Below, piece by piece: positions 51,655 through 61,014 of a stretch of DNA of 64,000 nt. The DNA comes from Amoebophrya sp. A120. Its lineage: Eukaryota; Protista; Dinoflagellata. Each line of letters opens with the position of its first letter. Position 1 is the first letter of the stretch. The notes under the pieces were generated by a model, which searched no databases, was not told the origin of the DNA, and saw only the letters and a program-made list of their open reading frames with translations. The stretch covers positions 11,167,737-11,231,736 of the forward strand of contig CAJINV010000003.1 in the NCBI GenBank assembly GCA_905178155.1. Reading direction: 5' to 3'. Both the position numbers and the translations under genes were made by a program.

Positions 51655-52916
51655 ATCTCGTTGTTGACGAATTCGCTGTCCTGGTACAACACGACAGCGC
51701 ACCAGTCGTATTTTTACGCTCTGGCGCATCCGATGAGGGAACTTGAGCGGAATTTCGTGGAATTTCTCGGGGAAAAAAAAACTCTTAGCGCCGGAGCAGC
51801 AGCGTAGCTAACAGCCGCGCGGTCGCTGTGTGAAAGATGTTTTCGCAGGGACAGCAATCGGCGCGTTCTCGGGCGCAGGCTATCGCGGTAGACTACCCGC
51901 GTCTTGTTCTGTCCAAATACGGGGGCCCATAGTAGCAAGCGTGAGGAAACAGACAACAGCGCCGTGCTGTTGAGGGTAGTCGAATCCCCATAGCATGAAG
52001 CTTATATCTTGTGCCAATTGTTCGCAGCCCTTGACCCGAACTACCCACGCAGGGCAAAGCTGTAGCTTTTTCGCCTGCTGGCCCTATTCTGGCACCCGGT
52101 GGCGGAATGTGCCGCTTGGGTGTCGTGCCATATCGGATACTTGTGTCCCGGACTTTGGAAGAGTTCTTGTGTTGTCTTGTGGTTGCTTCCGGGTGGGTCG
52201 CGACCTAGGTCGCGACCTAGGTCGGAGGTCGTGTTAGCCCTCTGGGTTCCCTCTGTTTGACATTTGCCAGAAATTTATTTTCTTTTTGTTTTCCCTTTGT
52301 AAGAAATTTGTCTGGAATTCATTTGGAATTTATCTGGAATTTGTCAGTCACGACGCTATGACGAAATTCCAGAATTCTCTGAGCCAAATTCCAAACAAAT
52401 TCCAGACAAAATGCAGAAAAGTTGCTTAGAATTCCAAAAAAATTCCAGAAAATTCCAACGAAAAAACCTGCAAACTCCAAGCAAATTCCTAAGGGGTGGC
52501 ACTTGAAAGGCAGGATGGCCAATGAACGTAGCCAGGGGCCTCGCCACGAAAGGAATCCGAAAGGGCAAAAAGAGAGCTTCTGTCTGTTCCGTCTGGCGTA
52601 TTCGCAGGCCAATGGCGCAGAATTTGTGGCCCTTGTCGGGCCCCACGCACATGGTAATATTGAAGGAGAGGCCTGCAGGGCTTCCGATTGTTATTGCCCT
52701 GAGAGCCCACGAAGTGTTATCTTGTTGCGTGTTGGCGCTTAGGCGCCCACTCCGGGTATCTTTTCTGCCCCACGACACAATATCGGCCCACCTGGAAAAG
52801 AATACACAGCGATAAATGAAAAATACACATAGAACAGCTGGGAGCCAGGGCTACAAATCTCGTTGTTGACGAATTCGCTGTCCTGGTACAACACGACAGC
52901 GCACCAGTCGTATTTT
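51655..52916. repeat. Perfect 60-bp direct repeat (51655-51714, 52857-52916) flanking a 1142-bp non-coding insert with GGAATTT/AAATTCC-rich repeats
   Basis: ATCTCGTTGTTGACGAATTCGCTGTCCTGGTACAACACGACAGCGCACCAGTCGTATTTT present twice. Confidence 0.85.
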
Positions 52917-53734
52917 CACTTGGCTGCTGAGCTAGTGTTACTTCGGAACTCACACACATATTGTCACACATTTGGCTTTGGGTTGGAGCCTTGCAGCGTC
53001 AGGCCGAACACGACGACCGAGGACAGTCATGGATTTGCTGATTCTGAGAACGAGAACCGTTTCAGTTCGTGTTTGTTGAAGAAGCTTTGGCTAGCTCGTC
53101 GTGTCAACAGCATAGCGGGGTGGGGCCACAGGAGAAGGCAATTTCGTTCTTTGTGTAGTCAAGAAGATTACGCCTACTGTACAGTACTAGTGAATAAAGT
53201 TGTATATTCTACTTTGTTCACGACGGAAAACTAGGCGAAGGTGCAAAAACCGCAAGTTACCGAGCTATGGCATTCTCGACGGGGGCGTCGATCCCACTTG
53301 GGCGCGGCAGCGGCTCTGGATCGGCGTCATTGGGCTTGACTTCCGCGGTACGAGATGAGAAGTATCGTGCGAAGTATGATCGCGTATCATCTGGTCGCCG
53401 CGGCGTTCGCTTCAGTCGTGTTTCGGTATAGCACATCGAGACTTTGCATGATCTTGAATATGATAATAGATACGAATTTTCATCGTGCGATAGAAGAAAA
53501 ATGCATTCCGATGAATGTGCGCCTTGGTCTTGGTGCAAGTTTGACGCAAGAATTCTGTACAAGAAGAACTGTGAGAATTATGGGCACACTTGCGCTTTTC
53601 TTTTTGTTGCCAGTGGATAAGAAATTAAGTTTTAACGATTTTTTTCATTTCTCCGACCTCCGACTACTCGTAGTCAAGAATAACAATAAAGTGAAAGTTG
53701 ACAACGAACAACACAGGACATCTGTTCGGCGGGT

Positions 53735-56700
53735 ATGATTGAGGAGACCCAGATCCTTGCCCGAATGAAGACGATCTACCAGCACAAGGCAGAGAAACTA
53801 TCGATCGAAAACATCGCTTATGAAAGTGCACGACTTCCTTCGGCTCCCCCCCAGCATTTCTTTGTGGGGATCTAGATCAACAGAACGACCAAACTACAGT
53901 GCACGTGCTCCGTATAGAAATGTAGTCGATGCCGAACAAGAGTTGTAGGTTCAGTGTCATGCAAGCACAACCAAAAAATGTATCTGTATGGCAAAACTAC
54001 AAGTCAGTAAACATCAAAAGTTGTTGAAGGGAAAAACCGCAAGACTACAAGGCATCAAGTTGACCTCCACATTAAGTAACTACACCAAGTTGCCATATCC
54101 AAAGAGACAAGTTGGAGGTCATCTTGGTAGACCTCTACTTTGGCGGTTTGTATTGGACGAAGAGAGGGGGAGGGCTGCGAGAAGTTATTCATTACTATAT
54201 TACCGAGTCCAAGGGCATAAGCGAGAACATGTTGCTGGCATGGCTAGACAAGGAACTGGATGACGAACATGCATGCATCCAGATACCCTTCGCGTTGCTC
54301 TTATGGCAGTGTCAGGTTGGCGGGGCTTATCCTCGATAGAATAGAAGTTCCTTTGCTTCATTTGCATGTTGAAGTACTTTGATCATGCAAAGAATATTGC
54401 GTTTTTCCGTTGCAAGGGAAGGGCGGCGGAAGGACTGGTGTAGACCCCGTTCCTCGACGAGTCAAGTAGGGAGGGCTCTTGCTGACTAGCACCGCAAAGC
54501 CAGGAGCCCCTCTTGTCCCTAAATAGAGCCTGCTGAAAGATACCCTCTACTCGCGGCAGTAGGCCTTGAAAATTGTTGTGGGCCGGAGTAGCTCGCTCCG
54601 TATACTCGATGTCGTCAATTATGCATTTGCATTGAATTTGTAGCTCTCTCTTCTTCTATTTCGCTGTTGCATTCATGATTTGGGTGGGTTAGGGTTTGTA
54701 AGTAGCATTCTCGATAGAACCGACTTCCATCTTGATCGACGAGGGATAATTTCATCCCACCTGACACTGTGATGGTTTCTGGTCGCGATTTTTGCCGCCT
54801 TGTCGGTGACCACGTTGGGTAACCATTACGTGCAAGATGTGCAGACCTCCATCGAGACGTTCCTCCATGAAAACACAAACTTCGGTTTCAACACGCACTC
54901 CGAAGCCGTGGGGCACCTAGGCATCGGGGACATCCATTCTGTGCCGGACTTCTACTCCTGGCTCCGCTTAGGCTTCGTGCCGAACGTGCTGACGGACAGC
55001 TTCATATACAGCGAATGGCTGCCGGAGCAGCTGCAGACCGGGCCTTCGCCCCCTACGTTGCCCACGCAGAAGCAATACGCACCCCAGTACGAGCGCACGA
55101 GCCCCGCGCCTGCAGACCTAATGCACTGGAGCCACATCGTCGGAAGCGTGCGGCTATCGTCCTGTGCAACATACAGTATCGCACTCCGAGAAAATTACAT
55201 GCCGTCTTGCGTGACAGGTCAAGATCTGCAGCTACTGTTCTGCTGTTATCTGAAACTACAGGACAAGCTCCGTTTGCCCTGCTTTCGGAATAAGTATTTA
55301 TCGTGCGAAGGTTAGGAAATCAAATAAATACATTGCGAAGATCCACCTGTTGCATTGCATAGCGGCTGTCGCAGAGTTTGGCGAGCGCGTTGCCGGAGGC
55401 GAGCTGCGACAATGTGCCTGAGGAGTTTCAAACCGCACTGCAGGGCCGCCTGACTCCCTGCTTTGGGCACGATGCGGCGCACTTTGCGAACTTACAGCTG
55501 AATCTCATCTCGGCGCGGCCATTGGCGGACAGTGTGAAAACGCAGTACCTCCCGACGACGCCCCAAGCGGGCTTCGTCTCCACGGCGGCCCTGCAAACCG
55601 CGGTAGCCAACTTGGAAACCAGTTTATGGATTCAAGAGAACGTGCGGAAGGTGCAAGTCTCCTTTTTCACGCTGAACCGGGAGTATGGGCTGTGGACCAT
55701 GACCACCGTGTCCTTCACCTTTCGGCGTGGCGGGGCTGTGGTAAAAGACATTTACATGCAGTCCACCTGGTTGAACTTCGGGGGGCCTTCTTTTTCGGGC
55801 AGCGGGTCGTGGCAGATCTTCCTCATGATCCTCTGGCTTCTGATGAATTGCAAGATTTTGTTTGGCGAGCTCGCCGAGATGCGGCAAATCGCGAAGGATA
55901 CGCCGAGCGTGTGGCGGTTCTGCGTGAGCTACTTTCAGCCGTGGCAGTATGGATGTGTCAGGGTTGAAATCGACAAAGTTGAAATAATTTGCCATGCATA
56001 AAATGGATGCCAGCTGGAACCCAGTATCCAAGTGGCGCAGGACAAATCTTTGTGGCCCTTAAATCCAGTTTGTCATGCTGTTTGGGCAAAGAAGAGTGAT
56101 TTTCTCATGCTACTTTAGCAGCTCGAGCTGTAACCCCAAACAGGCTTACAATCGGCCTCACTTGCCTGCTCTGCAACACACGTGCCTCGGGTCATGCATT
56201 TTATGCATGACAAACTATTTCAACTCTGACGATTTCAAACCTGACACATCCATAGGCAGATCGTAGACTGGATCACGGTGTTGTCCGCCGCGAATTTGGT
56301 CGCGTTCTTCTTCTATCAAATGTAAAAATGTCTGGGTCCTCTGGAAGGATACAACTTGCGATGCTGCTCTTGGAATCTACCTGAAAACTGTATTGCATGG
56401 ACAGCAAAAGAGGTGTAATTTGTGCTACGCGGACAGGACATTTCTCATTCGGTATCAGCATAAGAAAGCCCTCGCACAATCTCTGGTGCTAGGGCATGCA
56501 TCACAGACCTCATGGGTCATGCAAAATCTGCATGACAAACTCCTGCATTCTTCCAGACGCAGACATTTTTGCAATCCATATCTTCGCCGAGGATGCCGCG
56601 AAGCAGGACCTCCGCGCCAATATTGCCACCATCTCCGACGGCGGCCTGTACGATCTCACACTGGACGTGATGCAAGCGCATGAGCGGTTCAGCGCGGTGC

Positions 56701-59700
56701 TCTACGTCTACGTGCTCATTTCCCTGGTCCGGTTGTTCAAGGGGTATTCCGCCCAGCCAAGGCTCGGAGTCGTCACGTCCACCATGGTTAGTGCAGCGAG
56801 CGACACCCTGCACTTCCTAGTGGTTTTTTCTTCGGTATTTTTTGCTTACGCGCTTGCAGGTGTGATCGTGTTCGGGCGACATTTGCCAGAGTTTGCAACG
56901 CTGGAGGCCTCGACGACTACTTGTTGGCGAATCGTGTTTTGGGATTTCGATTACGAGAAGATGTTCCACGTTGCCCCCGACGAAACTGTGGTTTTATTTT
57001 TCTCTTTTATGCTGCTCGTGGTCCTGATCATGTTGAACATGTTGTTGGCGATCATTATGAAAGCCTATCTGGACGTCAAAGCGAACCGAACGTACGCACG
57101 CGCCGAAACGCTGTACTCTCAGGCAAGAGAGTCGCTTCTTCGCTTCATTCGAATTCGACGCGGGGAGCAGGTTATCAAATGCAAAAGTGTCTGGGTCTGG
57201 AATGTTGCCGGGTTTGTCATGCATATTTTGCATGACCCAGGATGTGGATGTCTGTAATGCACGACCTAGCATCACAGATTTAGATTTTTAGAGGGCTTCC
57301 TGATGCCTACTCCGCATGACAAATGCCCTCCCCGCGAAGCGCAAACTAGACTCCTCTTGCTGGTCATGCAATGCAAACTTTTTTAGAGTCCAAAAAAGCA
57401 TGACAAGTTGCAATCTTCCAGACCCAGACGCTTTTGCATTTGATGCAGATCAGTCTACGGCACATACGTGATAAACTTCTCGAGCGCACGCGCGAGAAAA
57501 TAAAACAGGAACGATCGTCGATCAGAGGCCCAACTGTTGCCACGGGATCAGGTAAGAGCTCGACAAATAAAAGTTGTTGGTGCTCTGGTGCCACATCAGT
57601 GCAGGTTTGCTGTCTTTCAAGTACACCTCATAAAGAACAAAGTGTGATGCTTTCAACTGGTAAAAGAATAAGCGAGTGGAAGTGGAACCCGAGCACCTGC
57701 AAATCCTCAACATAAAAAACAAAAACCTCCTCTATAATCGATGGAGTGTTTATTTGTAGAGGACCGACCCGCCCCAACTATTTAATTACGAATTTGTGCT
57801 GGCAGCTGAAATTACGAAACTGAAAGCCTATGTTGTCCTTCGTTGAATTTCAGACGCGGGCACTATCTTCACATATTCTCTTCAGCTTCACTCCTTTATG
57901 AGAAATGAATAACTAACACTAACAGACATTTCGATTTCCTGTTCTTCGTCATCTGGTGTGCCCAAACAAGATGAAGAGGAATCCCACGAAGAAGATCGCC
58001 AGGGACAATCTGCCACCTATTTCGACAAAAAGAAAGGACGAAAGGGTGGCGATGTTTCAGCGTCAAGCACTCCACCTGCTCCACCACCGTACCACAACCC
58101 GGTGCAAATTATAGAACGTCCGACAGTGGGGGATGCTCAGCACGACAACAGCGGCCACGTAGTTGCAGGCGAAAAAACCGATGACAGTGGGGCTGGCTTG
58201 CAAATCGAGGGGCAGCATACTCGCATGATGGCTGGAGGACCCCGGGCGTCGGTCTTTCACACTGTGGTCACCCACGTTCCAACATCCAGCAAAGCGATCA
58301 GATGCAGTGGGGGTGATCGATGGAACGGGGAACAAGAACTGGGCTGCCAAACTGGCGAGGAGCGCTACTCGGTTTCTCCTTTCAAATGAAAATGAAGACG
58401 GATTACAAATCAGCGTCGCAGAATGCCGGGACAGAATATGTGACGACGCTTACGATCCTGAGTAAAAACAGCACCGCCCCAGATGGAAACTTTGCAGGAC
58501 AACTCCAGAACTTTTGGGACTCACGCAGGAGGAGCTTAAGCTAGTACGCAGCGGTATCGCGCTTTCCTCATCCTCGCTCAGATGCACCATACATCTGCGC
58601 CATAATGATGCTGGTGATGAGTGCTTGACAGATTCGTGAAAACCACTATCCAATGCTGCCTCTCAGGGAGAGCCGCATGTGAACAAGCATCCTGTTGTTC
58701 CTGAATCCTGATCCTGAGCCTCAGCCTGCACATCAAATTCGCATGGCATTTCTTGGGTAGGGACGTTTTTGCAAAGCATATCTCGCCATCGTCCCCGCAC
58801 GACGAAGCTGGGGTATTTGTTACGCCCGACACTTATCCGAAAGAAAAGCTGTACGCCCAGGGCCAGGACAGAAAAAAAAAACATTTTTGTTGGCTACTGC
58901 GGGCTGCTTTGGTGCCAAAGCGTGGCTCCTTTACCTATTGCCCCTCTGCCTGACAAACTTTCTTGGTACATCTCAAATCGCTAGAACTACGTATTACCAA
59001 CTGCATTCTGCTGCAATACCGAGGATTTCCTGTGTTGTGGTCGCCGCTTGACAGAGATATAATTTTCAGTGACGCCAATTCAAATTGGAATTTGGCACCA
59101 CAGTTTTCTGGTACGGGTCTGCTTTTCTGTAGAATCGCAGTCTCATGATGATGATACCTGAGATGTGCCCCGCGGAAGCTCAGGATCTGATCCGGGCTGC
59201 ATTGAGTGACATGTTTGACGAAAAGGAACTTTTTATCAAAATGAAAAAGCCCCACTCCCCATACTCAACTGCGAACCTGTGATGCGCGATCTGTGTATAC
59301 ATATTTATCAGCTGTGTCTTGCTGCAGAGAGGCGCTGCAGGTACTAGATCCTAAGCTGCCTGTTCAGGGATGCAGTGGGATAGAGCTTCGCATGGCAGAA
59401 GCATGTTCCGTGGGCACAACAGTATCTTCACAAATCGCCTGCATAATCCGGCGTTAGATTCTCTCGATTTGCTCTCTTGCAGGACTACACATCAAGAACT
59501 TTCAGAAGCAGATTTATTCAATAGGGGGAGGGGGGCTGTCTGCTTGCGATGCTTTTAGAGGAGCCGCCCCCCGCGGCCGGCTTCGAAGCCCTCAGCGAGC
59601 TGATCGGGTCGGAGATGCAATCACTCGGAAGAAGGGTGGAAGCCCTGCAAGAGGAGCTGCGCCGGCACAACTACGTCTCTAGTACAACAGGAGCCCAGTG

Positions 59701-59770
59701 GTCCTCGGCGGCGGGGACGCAAGGAGTGGCCCCAACGCTCCTTCCGGCTTGCTTGCAATCCGACACCTGA
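53735..59770 (+). CDS. Polycystin/PKD2-like (TRPP) cation channel; start and the 57552-58785 exon structure uncertain
   Basis: Spliced translation gives IPFALL, IVGSVRLSQ...C, LETSLWIQENVRKVQV, F.F.RGG, YFQPWQIVDW, RLFKGYSAQPRLGVVTSTM...DTLHFLVVF, FG..L.EF.T, LNMLLAIIM: typical polycystin TOP domain and S1-S6 channel motifs. Confidence 0.85.
54302..54774. mobile_element. Introner, TATGG..GTGTCAGG family
   Basis: TATGGCAGTGTCAGGTTGG ... CCCACCTGACACTGTGATG; flanks gctct/gtttc; in frame. Confidence 0.8.
55155..55361. mobile_element. Introner
   Basis: TATCGTCCTGTGCAACA ... TGTTGCATTGCATA; perfect DR gcggc; restores VRLSQ. Confidence 0.88.
55948..56254. mobile_element. Introner with ~58-bp TIR
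   Basis: TATGGATGTGTCAGGGTTGAAATCG ... CGATTTCAAACCTGACACATCCATA; perfect DR ggcag; restores PWQIVDW. Confidence 0.92.
56314..56580. mobile_element. Introner, GTCTGGGTC family, inverted relative to the 10487 and 57173 copies
   Basis: TATCAAATGTAAAAATGTCTGGGTC ... CAGACATTTTTGCAATCCATA; perfect DR tcttc; restores VAFFFAEDAA. Confidence 0.92.
57173..57445. mobile_element. Introner, GTCTGGGTC family, readable as GT-AG intron 57171-57448
   Basis: TATCAAATGCAAAAGTGTCTGGGTCTGGAA ... TTCCAGACCCAGACGCTTTTGCATTTGATG; DR caggt/cagat; restores GEQISLRHI. Confidence 0.9.
58834..59136. mobile_element. Introner (degenerate)
   Basis: TATCCGAAAGAAAAGCTG ... CTGCTTTTCTGTAGAATC; flanks acact/gcagt; join FVTPDTLMMMIPE. 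Confidence 0.65.
59234..59551. mobile_element. Introner
   Basis: TATCAAAATGAAAAAGCCCCACTCCCC ... GGGGAGGGGGGCTGTCTGCTTGCGATG; perfect DR ctttt; join KELLEEPPP. Confidence 0.8.
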
Positions 59771-60797
59771 GCGAAGGGGAATGATCTTCCGCCCTCCTGG
59801 CCCACGCGGGCTCACTCGCGAGCGCTGGAACGAGCGAGGACGAGTGCAGCTGAGGGCGTGCAGGCCGCTACCGGTACTACAATCGACCCGCCAGAAGTCG
59901 TGGTCCAGCTTTGGAAGCCACCAGACGAAGCAGGCCCGACGAAAAAAGTCGGCCTCGACCGCCCCTCCAGCACCGATCACCAGGACGATGACCAAGAGCA
60001 AATGCACCAGCGGGTTGCCAACTTGGCACAGCACATGGCTTCGTTTTTGGCTACGCTGGAGTACATTCCGCCTGCAGGGGCACGGCGCGATTCTGCGCGG
60101 GAAGATATCTTGTGGGAGAGCAACACACCGCGCCCGGCGCAAATAAGCCCGGGCGTTGCTGCTTTTTCGCCGGCTGGCAATTGCGGCTTTCAGTGCAAGG
60201 ATAGCAGAGAGAACAATAAGTGACACAGAAAAACAACACCCGCACTGCTTCATCATGCTGCGGATTCAATAAAACGCGAAACCGTTTGAATATAGTAAAG
60301 TATTTATCACAAAAAAGTATTTTCATCTTTTCTGAGTAGAGTTAAACTTAAAGTAAGTAATTGAAATTGACATCGTTGCTACCACTGTTTGAAACAAGAA
60401 CGGATCATATACATACATACGTCTGCACCTGCGTTTACCCAGGCAGTGGGTGGCATGTGTTGGTCCTCTCGTGTAACGTCACAGTACACACACGCGCCTA
60501 TTCATCTTAGTCCTTAGCGGTAGTGAAGGTAGGCCTAGGCTCCTGCCGCCGTGCCTCTCATAGTGCAGCCTTTGTGGATCGTGCAGAGCGTATCTACCTT
60601 GATGGATAGGTGTGAGAACATCTATTTTTACAAAAATGCACCTCGATACCAGCAAGGCTTCCAGTGAAAGTAGCCGAGTCCATTGCCGAGTCGGAGAAGG
60701 CAAATAGAAACGCGAGCCGACTCTGTATCGATGTGTTGACCTTGACACAGCAGGCCAGTGCCACTTGTGGAGCACACATAACTTGAGTGAATTGAGT

Positions 60798-60978
60798 TTA
60801 ACCGCTTTGGCTATGGTTACGACGTGGTTAGCTGTCACAGCTTTGGAACTTTGAGCGAAACGCGAAAAGGGCGCGAGCAAGCGAAACGCGCGAGGCACGC
60901 AAGCGCGGCATCTTGTGCCGGCCCCGCTGTGCCTACGTCGGGATTGCATTGCGAGCGCCAATTTTTCACGTATCGAGG
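60798..60978. repeat. Left long direct repeat of YR unit
   Basis: TTAACCGCTTTGGCTATGG...CACGTATCGAGG, copy at 63509-63695. Confidence 0.92.
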
Positions 60979-61014
60979 GGCGCGACAGGCCTCGCACGCG
61001 TTCATGTATTTGCT

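Noticed and set aside
57552-58785. Definite exon structure for this part of the polycystin gene
   Set aside because: GT donor 57552 could pair with AG 57925 (CTAAC upstream) or AG 58301, and a TIR-like end at 58780 has only a weak left partner (~58454); this cannot be resolved without transcripts.
31005-59770. PKD1/PKD2-like functional pairing of the giant receptor with the neighbouring channel
   Set aside because: Supported only by proximity; the receptor has one TM and no recognisable REJ/GPS/PLAT domains.
60798-60978. Direct repeat as snRNA or spliced-leader RNA gene (contains AATTTTTC)
   Set aside because: No recognisable U1/U2/U4/U5 or DCCGTAGCCATTTTGGCTCAAG match; only a short Sm-like run.
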